Assembly (NCBI GenBank): GCA_964106915.2
Contig: OZ066915.1
Length of the DNA: 64,000 nt
Reading direction: 5' to 3' (one strand)
Source of the DNA: Podarcis gaigeae
Lineage: Eukaryota
Shown: positions 1 to 13,075 of the stretch, piece after piece
How positions within the stretch are numbered: the first letter of the stretch is position 1
How the letters are laid out: each line of letters opens with the position of its first letter
Notes under the pieces: model-generated
What the model saw: only the letters and a program-made list of their open reading frames with translations
What the model was told of the DNA's origin: nothing
The model's database searches: none
Position numbers and translations under genes: made by a program

Positions 1-59
1 CAACCTCCCCACGTCTCTGCCTCTGTCTGTCAGCCTTCCTTAGCTCAGGGGTGTCTCTC

Positions 60-330
60 TTAATCAAATACATTTGTTTTGTAAAACTGACTAAAAATAA
101 TCCGGGGCTGGTGTGTGCTGGATGTTGGCGGTGAATCAAAGGCGCCGCTCTAATTAAACGGGCCCCAGTTTGTTTGTGAGCCGCATACATTTCCATGCTA
201 ATCAGCCACACGCCAGGATCCTGCCTCCTAAGCCCCACTTCCTTTGCCTGATTGAAAAGTATGCAAATGGACGGATGGAGTCTATTTATTGCAACGAGGG
301 AAATGAAGCTGCAATGCGTGCTGTGGGGCT
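60..330. promoter_or_regulatory. Candidate intronic enhancer / conserved non-coding element
   Basis: Non-repetitive and CpG-retaining; ATCAAAG (TCF/LEF, 135-141), TAATTA (151-156), ATGCTAAT (195-202), ATGCAAAT octamer (261-268). Confidence 0.35.
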
Positions 331-2258
331 TTATTTGGGGACTAGGGTGGGGAAGCGCTTTGGTTGGGGGCGGGTTGTGAAGATGAAGGATGTCCCAGTT
401 ATTAAACATTGCCAGTGGAACTAGAGGGAACAAAATGAATTACTCATTTCCCACTAAGTAATAGCATAGCCAGGCACAATTTTGTTTTTGTTTTTATGTG
501 GCTTTGAATCTGTCACTTAGACTTTTCTCCACAATTTACCTACTACTACTGAAATCCAGTGGGAATGAATGGAAGGCTCTCTGACCGAGGCCCTCTGTGC
601 TTTCGCTTCCAAATCAGTAGATTATTCCCCTATGGGGACACCATGAGAAATTCTCCAAGAATGGGAACTACATGGATGGTAAAGTCAGGAGGTGGTGCTT
701 GGTCAGGGCCTAAAATTGAACTATTGTTGTCTGTTGGACATTTGATGGGTTCTGTGTGGAAAGTGTTGCTTTCTATGTCTGGGGAAATAGAACTGCTATT
801 TTCCTGGTTCCACTTCAGCTTTACAGACAGGTTTGTTTTCTGTAATGTAATGTGCTGGGTCCATCTTTTGGAGTGAGATTGAGGGTGATGGGTGCAGAAT
901 GAAGAATTCCCACTCTTACTGCCAAATGTTGAACTTGCCTGACAGAAAGAATGGAGAAGCGGCTTCAGTACCAGGCGCAAGAGACAATGGTGGGATTTGG
1001 TGCGAATTTTATGTGCCCACATTTGGTTATCCAGGAAGCTGATAGGGTGAAATAGTTTCTGCTTTCCTATACACCTCTCTCTGTGTAGGAAAGTACTTAC
1101 GACATGCATCACCCAGAAACTATTGTGTTTCCTCCCTGTCGTGGGTTGGCTGTGACCCTGGGGTGCCTTTTTAATGTGGTTATGGCTTCTATAGTGAAAG
1201 CAAGGTCTTTAGGATAAGCTTTATTGACTGTGAGTGGAATGGGATTAGAGCATTTACTATATCCCTTGCCTAGAACAAAGGTGCTGGTTTACCTTCTCTT
1301 CTGTTATGAAATACAGGCTATGGGGAGGTGGAACATGGGTCCTTGATCATAAAACAAAGGTGATTATATGTGTTAACTCTCCACTAATGTTACATTAAAT
1401 GCACTATGCCGTTGGTACTTAGGGAAAGTGTGCTAGGCTATAAGCTTTTTGATGCTCCACCTTTTTTCCACACCAGAGAACATTTTAAGAACGGCACAAT
1501 TGCTAGGTTGCTGGGAAAGTTCAGCAGGGGAGAAATGCTGATCAAAACAAAGCTTAAATAATCCAGGTGTGTGACAAATGGGGTTGTAATAGCTGTCCTG
1601 CAAGTGCGTGGAGAGAGTTAATGTTAAGACGAGCAAAACATTGCATACAATGACCATATGACAAAGAAGCTAGGTTGTGATGATTGTGTTCATACAGATA
1701 TTTGGCAATATTTCTGTAGTTGCACATTAGGTGGGATGAAGTTCCCAGTAGATTAAACTCTTCCTCCTCCCAGTGCTCTCCCAGTCTAGATATGTAATGG
1801 AAGGCTCACCCCAGTTAAAACAGAGCTTTGTGTTTCATCTCCTCTGCAATGCCTGTGCGGCTACCACTATTTCTCTGCACACCCCTTACCAGCCATTTGC
1901 ACTTTCTTTGGAGCTATTAACACATTATCCAGAAGTCCCCTGCTTCATTTAAAGTTCATTAGATTTAATTGAAGAGCATTAATGTGCACTGAAGTGCATA
2001 ATGTAGTTTTATTTTAAATGGAAACCAGGTGGAGCTATTTCTTGTCCTAACTCTTTCTCAAGGAGTAGTTTGATAAATGAATGGAGGCAAAAAAATAAAA
2101 TAAAGGCAACTTGGATAAGGGTTCTAAAGCAGCAAAGGGATTGGGAGGGGCTCTTGTTGGCTGGCAAGATTAGGTTGATGGTTCATTATTTCCCCTTAAA
2201 TAAAATATTTAGAAAAATGCATGAAAGATGGGTTTCTGTTTTGGAGAATCATCCTGAC

Positions 2259-2582
2259 CAGGGGTAGGCAACCTAAGGCCCTGGGGGCCAGATGCGGCCC
2301 AATTGCCTTCTCAATCCAGCCCACGGACGTTCTGGGAATCAGCATGTTTTTACATGAGTAGAATGTGTCCTTTTATTTAAAATGCATCTCTGGGTTTTTT
2401 GTGGCGCCTGCCTGGTGTTTTTACAGGAGTAGAGTGTGTGCTTTTATTTAAAATGCATCTCTGGGTTATTTGTGGGGCATAGGAATTCGTTCATTTTTTC
2501 CCCTTCAAAATATAGTCCGGCCCACCTAATGGTCTGAGGAACGGTGGATCGGCCCACAGCTGAAATAAGTTGCTGACCCCTG
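2259..2582. mobile_element. Non-autonomous hAT DNA transposon (MITE)
   Basis: TIRs CAGGGGTAGGCAAC / GTTGCTGACCCCTG; perfect 8-bp TSD ATCCTGAC (2251-2258, 2583-2590); internal ~60-bp unit present twice. Confidence 0.9.
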
Positions 2583-2937
2583 ATCCTGACTCAGCATTTC
2601 CTTTTCTGCTTCTACCTGTGGCAGCCAAAACATGCTGTTGGGATGGGGTTCTTGGGATTTCCATTGGGCTGATTTATCAAACATCAGTGCATGACTTTTG
2701 CCTAGTTGGAAGTAATGAAATTTTAAGGAACATGGTGGTGGTTGACAGGGTAAGGGCTGACTATCATATACTGTATACCTAAAGCTCCTCATAGGTTTTT
2801 CTTTCTTTCTGTTCCCCCACCAGCTAGCTATGGTGTGTATTGGCACATTATTCCTTTGCCACCCAAAAAATGTCTCCCATCTTGATGATACTAGGCATCA
2901 TAACAGCAAACGCTAACGCTGCCGCCTTTTCTTTCAG

Positions 2938-3078
2938 ATCCTTGTGGACCCTGCCAATCCCATTGGACGTTCAGCATTGCAGTATGAGAATGTCATAGCC
3001 CATGATGGCAGCTCCATCCTGCGGGACTTGGTGCTCAGCCCTGATCTCCAGTACCTCTATGCTATGACTGAGAAACAG
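2938..3078 (+). CDS. PLXNA1: PLXNA1 coding exon (probable equivalent of human exon 4), end of Sema domain
   Basis: Branch-like CGCTAAC (2911-2917), pyrimidine tract, ttcag|ATC ... AAACAG|gtaaga; 141 nt, phase 0/0; [47 protein letters not shown]. Confidence 0.95.
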
Positions 3079-5183
3079 GTAAGAACTTGAGTTTGTCCAC
3101 AGCTGGCCCTTTTACGTGATTTTAAGCTTAGCAGTAATGAGGCATAGCCCTTTCTCTCTGCATAGTACATCTGTGTGATATTTCTCCAGCACAGTGTGAG
3201 GCAGGACTGTCAGATTCTCAAAGCAACCAAATAAAAATACTTTCTTCGAATACATCACTCCCTTTATTAGTACAGTTCTGATTAGATGTCGAGCTCATGG
3301 AGTGATCATGGAGCTCATTGCAATAAAAGTGCTTGTTTGAGTGATGGGCTACACCTTTACTTGATTCAACACCAGAGCGACAGCTCTCCTGAGGGCTCCT
3401 TTTTAATGAACAAGCAGATTCCATCATCTGATGGGTGACAGCTTAGGCAAAACTCTGTGTGCGTTGAGTTTCAGCACGCCCTGCAAATGGACAGAATCAG
3501 CCAAATGTGCAAGTGTGTTAAAGCTCAGTGTGCGCTGCCAGCCATCACATGATTGCATATGGTACAGGTGGTCACCACAAGCAAGGGCTGTGGCTGGTCA
3601 TGAAAAAGGGGCTCTTGGTCCACTCATTTTAACTCCGCAAGAAACTTCTCTGCTGTTTCTATGGCAGCACAGTGCAAGTGCTGTACTTTGCCATTCCCCC
3701 CACCAACAACTAAAGACCCAAACTCAGCTTTCCTCATTAAACCTTGCCAAAATTGGTATGGTGTGCATTAGTCACGAAAACATTTGTATTATCAGTTTAA
3801 GCTGCTTAATCCTTCTTGGGCTGCTGCGCATATTATTAGTTACTCTTTTCCAGAATAACTAATAATATATACTGAGTGTCCGATGCCAAAATTATTATTT
3901 TTCTGTGTTTTCTTAGTCAATATAATTATCTCATGAATGTAATGTTCAAACTTGGCAGGACAGTAGCAGACCAGTCACATATAAAGTGAGATCTCATCCT
4001 TAGAGTTAGTAATACATGGGTGAGGGAAACTAAAGCCTCTCCAAGCCTACCACTCCAGGCTTGTGTAAAGTTTCCCACAAGCACCTTTTACCCAGTTGAT
4101 CTCACTCATTGAAATCAGGGGAATGAGAAAGCACCCAGTGGTGGAGGCCATAGGTAGACAGACCTTAGGTAGGTAAGCCACAAACAGTGGAAGTGCCTGG
4201 AAGCTCTGACCCATCCACCTTGTTTTCATGAAACAGTGGGCCCTTGCTTTATACACGACTGAGGGAGACCAGGGTGTAAATGAACAGGTCTGCTGCTACC
4301 ATGGCTGGTTTGGCTCTAAGAGTCCCCCCTCCCCCCCATTTTGCTCTCAGGTTTCTTTTCATAGAATGTATAATATCTATTTGAGTCTGTCCTGAGGGGA
4401 AACAAACTTACTATTAGGAAGCAGATGAATCATGGGTACATGCAACATCTCTTCTAAAGCAGACTCATTAGGTCTGTTTTGCAAAAGCTCTGTCATTTGA
4501 CAGATTGTCTCTGCTACAGGTATTGGAGAAGTTTCTTTGCACTCCTCCAGCAAGATAAACTGGTGTTTATATGAGTTAAGAGCACTGTGGCTGAGTAGCC
4601 CAACCTTAATTCTGTTGGGCTGCAGTTTCTTTACCTTTATTCTCCTCTTGCAGTTTGTCCTGTCGCTAGGTCTGAGGATCCTAACTGCCCACTAAACCAG
4701 GAGAGGGAGGACTTCAGCCATGCATGATTTACTTTGTGTTTTACTAGAACTCTGCCAGCCGGAGTTAGGGGCCATTGGACGACAGGGGGGAAATGTTGGG
4801 GATCAAAAAAGGTACCCCTCCTCTGGATAGGTTCCCACCTGGGTACTCAGTGTGAATCAGACCATGGGTTGGATGACATTAAAAAATGAACAAGATCCAG
4901 GCTGCAGACTCCTCATCCCTGCTCTAGACTGATTGTGTACAACTGGAATAAGTGGCTCTTACAAACTAGCATCTAGAGCTGCTACATAGGAGATCCACCT
5001 CTCCCTATTTAGGCATTGTTCTAGGTTTCCTGAAGCATTGTTACTTATTTTTAAACATGTTATCCCACATTTTGTCCATTTAGGATTTAGGGTCCTAAAG
5101 ATAAAAACTAGGACCTTGGGTTGAGCCTGGAAGTGTACCGTATCACTGAAGATCAAACAGGACCAGATAGGTATGCTCTATCA

Positions 5184-5564
5184 GGGTGGCTCTGTGGTCT
5201 AAACCACTGAACCTCTTGGGTTTGCTAATCGGAAGGTTGGCAGTTCAAATCCACGTGACAGGGTGAGCTCCCATTGCTCTGTCCCAGCTTCTGCCAACCT
5301 ATCAATTCGAAAGCATACCAGCCTGAGTAGATAAATAGGTACTGCTGCGACGGGAAGGTAAACGGTGTTTCCGTGCGCTCTGACTTCCATCACTGTGTTC
5401 TGTTGCACCAGAAGCGTTTTAGTCATGCTAGCCACGTTACCCAGAAAGTTGTCTGTGGACAAACGCCGGCTTCCTTGGCCTGAAAGCGAGATGAGCTTTG
5501 CACCCCATAGTTGCCTTTGACTAGACTTAACCATCCAGGGGTCCTTTACCTTTACCTTTTTACC
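5184..5564 (+). mobile_element. Sauria SINE
   Basis: tRNA-like head (GGGTGGCTCTGTGGTCTAAACCACTGA; B-box-like GTTCAAATCC), GTAGATAAATAGGTAC core and (TTTACC)n tail, all typical of Sauria SINEs. Confidence 0.88.
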
Positions 5565-7723
5565 AGGCCAGTTCTAGACAGTAATCTGACAACAACATTT
5601 TGAGTCAGCTGAAGCTTCTGCATCTTTTTCTGTTCTACACTATAGTAGTCCTGTCTAGATGTTACTAAAATGTGAATGACTTGCTAGAACAGCTTTCTTT
5701 AGGGAAGTTAGGTCAAAGGCACTCCTAGTCATACAGCCACCTAATTTAAGCTCACCAGTTCTAATGCTGGCATTTTATGTGCAAGAGTAAATTGGAACAA
5801 AAGCACTAGGTTCAGCCATTTAAAAATAAAAGGCAAAAAGACAGTCTATGACTTGGCAGCACAGCATGTCATTCCTTGAGTTGTTGTTTTTTTAGGATGC
5901 AGGCTAAAGGCATTCACATAAACACACAACCTGCCTTTTATGTAAAATGTTATGTGGCAGTTTGAGGTGTCTTGCCTAATTTGGTCGATGCAGTTGTTGG
6001 CCGATCACAAGTACCTTTTTTGCGGCACTTCCACGGGGAACTGCCCTGATGCAGCAACGATGGAGGCATATATAAAGGTAAGGGATGCACACAGCATCTG
6101 GCAGAAACACTGCAGTGATAAGTCAGAATTAAGGAGTGAATGGACTACTTATCCCAAATGAGCCAAGGAAGCTGCCCCAAAAGGCCTTATCTGAGAGGCA
6201 CCTGGAGGTTCTTTTACAGCAAAAGGCAACATATTATAACAAACATGGTTGCCCTTTAAACTAGAGAAATAGTAGAAGGAGCTACAATAGAAAATCTGCT
6301 CTACATACCTTCACATACCTCCTTCCTTTTGAGCTCTGAGACTGTCAAATCAGATTTTTTTTTAAATATAACATAGAATTCTTTCCCCTTTCATCAATGA
6401 TTAGCAGCATTTACTGAAATCCCTGCTCCCTTTGGAATGCGTGCCTGTCTAAAACTTTCAGGCTTGCCTGCATGGCTGCTAAATAGCTCTGTAAAAACAG
6501 CTTTGTTGTTTGGTAAGGAACTGTGGCGTGGCACACCTGCTACTGATGGAAGCTGTTCTAATGGTCAAGCAGGGCTGGAAAAAACCCAGACACTTTGATT
6601 GCCCAGGATCCTAACTTCTGATGCCACCACTAGCAATTTTCTGTATTCAGCTCTGTGCAAGACTGATTCCTAGAAATTTAATATCCCCCCCCCCCGAACT
6701 GGTCAGGTACCCCCCAGCCCTGAAAGAGATCTCTGGATGATGTGATTTAAAAAAAAATTTTTTTTTGCCCCAGTTGCCTTTAGGTCAAAACAGCAAGCTA
6801 TCCTAATGTGGTCGCAAGGCAAATTGTCTCCATTGCATGCAGCAATTGAAGAAAGGCGTACCAGATCTGGAGAGTGTAGCTTGAGGCTGCTTCATTAGCA
6901 AAGTGAGGTGCTTAGCAGCCTCACCCACCATTCAGGAGTGATCTTTGGGGTGACTAGTGGTGATCTTTCCCTCCCTTTCCCTTTCTACCTTGGCCTCTTT
7001 TAGTAAGCATGAGAGTGACTATTGGACTGCTTGTCTTCTTCTGTTAGTGCTTAAACACTACAGGTTTAAGTTTAGGTAAGATAGGGTTTGGAGAGTTCCT
7101 AGACAGGATATATTTAGAGATTCTTCTGCTTGTTTACAGTGTTAAATATATGTTGTTGTAGGAGTGATCTGGGAGGAAAAAAGTACCTGTCCTTTCAAGA
7201 TCATAGGAAGATACAGACCTTTTTTATATATAGATCAGGCTATTCATCCAACTAGAGTAGTATGTCTCCTCTTGACTGGCATTGACAAGGTCTTTTCAAC
7301 TGCCTTTTGAATCTGGGACCCTCTCAGATGTTTTGCTAGAAGTACAGTACACTGTAGTGGCAACATCCAATTGGGAGCAGCTGCTGAACAGCTATGGCCT
7401 GAGAGTTGTGGGCATGTTACACTTACTGTACAGAGACCACTTGAAATGGTCTCTTGGTACTGCTGGGAAGGTGTGGAGCGTCTTCACATTAGCCACAGCC
7501 AGGAATGTGTTTTACATGTTACAACAGCAGGGCTAAGCAATCACATGGAGCCCACTTCCTAGTAAAAATGCAATGTCTAGACCAGCTGTCTCTAAATCCC
7601 GGCTACGTGAAGAAAAGGGAAAAGGAGCATGAGTATTAGAAAGAACCACACAGGCCTCTTCTGAACCCAATATGCCAATCCAATGTAATGAGCATTGCTC
7701 AATTGCATTGCTCATTGCAATTG

Positions 7724-7950
7724 CAATGCAATTCTGGGCTGCATCAATAGGAGTATAGCATCTAGATCAGGGGTCTGCAACCTTTCAGACAAAAAGAGCC
7801 ACTTGGACCCGTTTCCGAAGAAAAAAAAAACTGGGAGCCGCAAAACTCGTCATTATAAAAATAACTTTTTTGTCACTTTTTTATTATTACTTTGTTTGAC
7901 CCCTCAGAATTACTACTCCTCATAGAAATAAACGTTAAATTAACAAGTTA

Positions 7951-7996
<46 letters not shown>

Positions 7997-8834
7997 CTTC
8001 ACTCCCCTTCAAAACAGTGACCAGCGTACATGCCCCTTACAATGTAGCGGGCGGGCGGGAAGGTGACGTCGGGACGGTGCGTGACTAACGCCCCCACTGC
8101 CTCCATGCGACGTCACAGCCAGTACAGTGCCCGCCACAGTGGGGAGTGTCGGGGCACACAATGCGCCTCCTCCCCTCACTAGTATCTGCCCCGGAGCCGC
8201 AGAAAAGGTGTAAAAGAGCCACATGCGGCTCCGGAGCCGCGGGTTGCTGACCCCTGATCTAGATCAAGGGAAGTAATAGTGCCACTGTATTCTGCTCTGG
8301 TCAGACCTCACCTGGAGTACTGTGTCCAGTTCTGGGCACCACAGTTCAAGAAGGACACTGACAAACTGGAACGTGTCCAGAGGAGGGCAACCAAAATGGT
8401 CAAAGGCCTGGAAACGATGCCTTATGAGGAATGGCTTAGGGAGCTGGGCATGTTTAGCCTGGAGAAGAGGAGGTTAAGGGGTGATATGATAGCCATGTTC
8501 AAATATATAAAAGGATGTTACATAGAGGAGGGAGAAAGGTTGTTTTCTGCTGCTCCAGAGAAGCGGACACGGAGCAATGGTTCCAAACTACAAGAAAGAA
8601 GATTCCACCTAAACATTAGGAAGAACTTCCTGACAGTAAGAGCTGTTCGACAGTGGAATTTGCTGCCAAGGAGTGTGGTGGAGTCTCCTTCTTTGGAGGT
8701 CTTTAAGCAGAGGCTTGACAATCATATGTCAAGAGTGCTCTGATGGTGTTTCCTGCTTGGCAGGGGGTTGGACTCGATGGCCCTTGTGGTCTCTTCCAAC
8801 TCTATGATTCTATGATTCTATTCTATGATTCTAT
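7724..8834 (+). mobile_element. 5'-truncated CR1 LINE (ORF2 C-terminus + 3'UTR), interrupted by a hAT MITE
   Basis: The frame (NAILGCINRSIASRS / ...[37 protein letters not shown]...) is continuous once the MITE is removed; (ATTCTATG)n tail at ~8800-8834. Confidence 0.93.
7768..8256. mobile_element. Non-autonomous hAT (Charlie-like) element nested in CR1
   Basis: TIRs CAGGGGTCTGCAACC / GGTTGCTGACCCCTG; perfect palindromic 8-bp TSD ATCTAGAT (7760-7767, 8257-8264); CpG-rich; contains a (GT)n tract. Confidence 0.92.
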
Positions 8835-11800
8835 GCTGTCCAGGACTCTTCTGCTTCCCTGATGACGCCTGCATGTACAATGATGCATCATGACATGCAT
8901 GTTCCAGAAGACAGGGCAAAATGATATGAAACCAGAGTGCCCCCCCCCCCCGTGTTTGCATGTACTTCCTGTGAGGAAGGAGATCAGTGTGGGGACTTAG
9001 TAGGGAGAATATTTTTATTGGAAGGGCAGCACAAAGGTGGGAAGAAATTAAAAGATGGGGCAAGCTTCCCATTCCCTCTGTAACTGGTGGGCTTCAAGGG
9101 TTTTTTTCAACATGGACATCTCTGTTAAAGTCTTTTGACAATGGGGCTATTTAATCCTCAATCTGGTGGCGATTAATTTTGCAGCCAGAGTCCAGACCAC
9201 ACTGGATAAAATGAGGGGAGATTTTGGAAGCTTGCTTAAATGGCTGTGGGGACATTCTTTCTGCCGTTTGCAGGTCCCCTTTCTCTCCCTTTGGCTTAAT
9301 AAAAACCACTCTCATCCACAGCTTACTGTTATCAGGTTGTTGGTGGAAAGTAATTAAATGAGCAGTTGTAACAGAGCTCAAAGGGCCTGCAGAATGAGGG
9401 GATTTTAATCAAATCTGGAGGAGCAATTAATAAAGAGCTTGTAACCCTTTAAGACAGACTCCTGCTGTCAGATTAAGAAGAAAATGGGTTATGACCAGTG
9501 TCTGGAACAAGGACAGGGCAATGCAGATGCCCCCAATATTTTTTTTCTTAAACTAGGTTTCAACCGGCTGTGTGATGATTATCTTCAAGAGGGTGGTAGG
9601 TAGCTAGGGACGGAGATGCCTGAATGAGAGAGTGCTATGCCTTTTCACTGTTTGAAACTAGGTTTTGAATGCTGTACCTAAATCGAATGAGCTATCCAGC
9701 ATGGCATATGACCCACCAAGTCAAATACTGCTCAACAGCCCTGCATAACAATCCACCTGGCACTTCATTCTTGCCTGTCTAGACCTTGGAGGGAGGAATG
9801 AACAGGTTGTTCCTCACCAGTTCCCTTTCTGATGGGTGCTTTGTGCAGTGCCATTCTTTTATCCTAGGCTTTGCCAGCCTGGTGCTCTCCATATGTTTTA
9901 AACTACAGCTCTCATCAGCTCCAGCCAGCTTGGTCAAGGTTTTAGGGCCCTCCAACAACTTCTGGAGAGCAGAGCACCCAGTTGGGGAAGCCCAGCTTAT
10001 TCCATCACAGATGCTGTATAAAAGGAAGCCCAGTCTACTGTTCCTAGAGGGCAGCACAGAGGTTTAAGTGATGCCTTATGTACACTAAGATCCCATGTAA
10101 ACGAAAACTGTGAACCACAATGCCAGCTTGTGGCCCTGCACTTGCTGTGTACAATAAGTTCGATAAGTTCATTTCCAGCTGAGAAGAGGAACAATTTCTG
10201 CAGCTTTGAAAATACAGTCTGGGTGACTTCTGTTTTTGGTGTGGGGTTTTTGTTTTTGGTCTTGTTCTTGGATCATGATTCATCTTGTTCTGATCCATTT
10301 CTCTGCTTGGGTAATTAAACCCACATAGACGCTGATCCATTCATATTCTCCCATGAATCACACTTAGAAGGTACCACGTTGATATTTAGTATTAAAATTC
10401 AGCAAGTGCCCTATTGCCCAGAAGCCAGCTTCCATTCCATATTTTTGCTGGCTATTGAGATCAGTAGCAGGCAAGAGTGCTGTGATAGAGATAGAGATCA
10501 AGAAAGGGGTGTTGGTCTTCGGTGTAGTTCTACCTCTCTCTTGTACACACAAATCTATATGCAGAGAAGGCAGATCTCAGCCTCCACTGGGTAGCTGGAG
10601 GTTTTCATAGCCACAGGGTCAACTTCAAAAGGGGAAATTAGGGGAAGGGAAGATTGCACTCGAGTTCAAAAGCCATCTGCAGGCAGAACTTAAAAGCAGC
10701 TTTGTTAGTAAGTAGAGGAAGGGGCTTTGCGTCCTGAACGTCCCACACTGAAATGCAGGGGCTTGGTGGTAGAATCAAGAATAGTTCCATTCTTCCACAA
10801 CCAGTCTGCTGCATTTGTATGCTTGTGAAGGACGAAGGTGAACAAGTTGGGGAAGGAGGGACATAACTTGGAGATGGTCAGTTTCCCAAATATGCCATTT
10901 GAAGGTGGGGAACATTTATGCTACCTGGCTCCCATTGTGTTGGTTTTGGACAAAATGGCTGTATAATGGCTAAGGAATGACACACATCTTGAATATTACC
11001 ATCCTGAGAGAAAGGCCTGAGACTGATTGTTGTAGTCCTGTCCCATGGAACCTTGAAGCCCTCTTCTCATGACACGCTCAGGGTGAGTGGGTGCATATAC
11101 AAGGGAACAGGATCATAACGCCGGGCCCCACCTCCCATCTGTGTTTCGTAGATACACAGCCTGGAGTATTTCTGTGCGTAAGACAGATTTGCAGCACCTC
11201 CTTTTAGCCCTGTTCCCAGGCTCCCGCTGTTTCCTTCCTCCCCCTTCGAAGCTGCCATGGCAGATTTTGCTTCTCAGCAGATGTTCAAAGAGGCTGCTCT
11301 GTAGTGGGGTCTGGACTAATAGCCCCCGTGCTTAATTTCCTAGGCACAGGGATGCCTCTGGGGAATGGAGAGGGACTTGAAAGCTTAAGAGCAGGCCTCT
11401 GCATCCCCCCCTTTCCCCCTGCTCTGATCACCAGCCTCAAAGAAATAGCAGGACGCCTCAGTTAACACTGGGCTTAGAAAGAGCCTTGGGCTTTGACCTA
11501 TATTTTGTTGACCCTTTCATGGCTACTGATGGTGTTTGGGTTTTTAATGTGGTGATAGCAAGGCATGGGATCTGGGGAAATTATTTTAATCCATGATCAA
11601 AGCATGGCTCCTGCTCTTCTGTTTCTTCCTCCCCTTCCTCCACCACATGCACAGAAACAGCAGGGTCCTTGTGAGGTTTCCCAAATCTTTTGTTGCCCTT
11701 CCCACCTTCCATTGTACCTGTAATTTAGCTCTTTGTAACATTTGGAGCTTCCTTTTTTGCCCAATCGTGGTCCTACACCTTTAGTAATTTCAGTATGAGC

Positions 11801-11934
11801 TCCTTCAAGACGGCAACCTCTGAATATGCCGTTCTACAGATATCTTAACTATTCTGGATTTCTGCCAGTTTTGTATCATTGTATGCTTTGTGCCAATTAA
11901 AAAGTTGTGACTATGCCATACTCACCAACAGCAG

Positions 11935-12030
11935 AGGCAGCCAACATAGTGCCCTCCAGATATTGTTGGACTATAATTCCTATCATCCTGAAGGTTTTCA
12001 GCCAAGCTGTGTGTGTGATGGGAATCATAG
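11935..12030. mobile_element. Degenerate short squamate hAT-derived MITE
   Basis: CCCTCCAGATATTGTTGGACTATAATTCCTATCATCC motif, shared with copies at ~25775, ~30037, ~45838 and ~61847. Confidence 0.55.
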
Positions 12031-12125
12031 AGAAGGGACAAAGGTTCATGCAGATGATAAAGGCTTGAGTAGCCTGGAATTTCCTGATAGGAAAAATAAT
12101 TTAACTGCCTGTCCTTATCCCTCAG

Positions 12126-12226
12126 GTGACCCGTGTGCCAGTGGAGAGTTGTGAGCAATATACAACCTGTGCGCTATGTCTGGGCTCTAGGGACCCTCAC
12201 TGTGGCTGGTGTGTCCTGCACAACAT
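12126..12226 (+). CDS. PLXNA1: PLXNA1 coding exon (~exon 5), PSI1 domain
   Basis: ctcag|GTG ... AACAT|gtaagt; 101 nt, phase 0/2; [33 protein letters not shown](I), with the PSI CxxC..CGWC motif. Confidence 0.96.
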
Positions 12227-12609
12227 GTAAGTACTCAATGCCCTCTTCATATCCCTACAAGACTGACAATTGCAGGAAGCCTTCTTTCTTACTCCTTGAA
12301 TGCTTGTGAAGCTGCATTAGCAGGAGCTGGTAGCTAAGTTACAACTGCTGTTTTAACATCCTTTAATATGAATTATGTGCATTTGACAGAAGACAAAAGT
12401 GACATAGTTCCTGTCCAGGACACTTACAGTCTGCATGAAATGGACAGGCTAGGAATTGGGAGAGATTGGGGAGAGATAAATGAGAATTGGGGATGAGGGA
12501 GAGGGAGGGGATAATTCAGACATAGCAAACAACATGGCAGATGGCACAGGGTAGGAGTAGACAAAGGTGGCAATATGAACTGGCAAGAGGTGAGCTTGTA
12601 CGGAGTATA

Positions 12610-12790
12610 TTTGTCATGGTGGCTATCCATGTTCCAAAGCAGTATATGCCACTGAATACCAGCTGTTGGAGAGCAGCAGCAGGAGAGGGCAGTTTTCTTG
12701 AAGCTCTGTGTGCGGGTTTCCTGGAGGCTCCTGATTAACCACTGTAGGAAGAAGAACACTGGACTAAATTGGCTTTTGGTCTGGCCTGTT
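12610..12790 (+). mobile_element. Old CR1-type LINE 3'UTR fragment
   Basis: CTGAATACCAGCTGTTGG...CTGGACTAAATTGGC motifs, homologous to the reverse complement of the adjacent element at 12803-13075. Confidence 0.55.
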
Positions 12791-12802
12791 CCACTAGAGG
12801 TA

Positions 12803-13075
12803 ATAAGAACATAAGAAGAGCCTGCTGGATTAGGCCAATGGCCCATCTAGTCCAGCAACCTGTTCTCACAGTGACCAACTAGATGGCTGTGGGAAACCTG
12901 CAAGCAGGATTCGAGAGCACTCTCCCCTCCTGGAGCTTCCAGCAAGTGGTATTCAGAAGTATTGCTGTCTCCAGCTGTGAAGGCAGAGCATAGCCATCAT
13001 GGCTAGTAGCCATGGATAGCTCTCTCCTCCATGAATTTGTCTAATCCTATTTTATCTAAGCTGGTGGCCAGGACT
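12803..13075 (-). mobile_element. CR1-type LINE 3' end
   Basis: ATAAGAACATAAGAAGAGCCTGCTGGAT...CCCATCTAGTCCAGCA...CCTCCATGAATTTGTCTAATCC: reverse strand of a squamate CR1 3' end with a (TTCTTATG) tail. Confidence 0.8.

Noticed and set aside
8279-8743. 154-aa ORF as a host gene
   Set aside because: It is the C-terminus of CR1 LINE ORF2 from a 5'-truncated copy.
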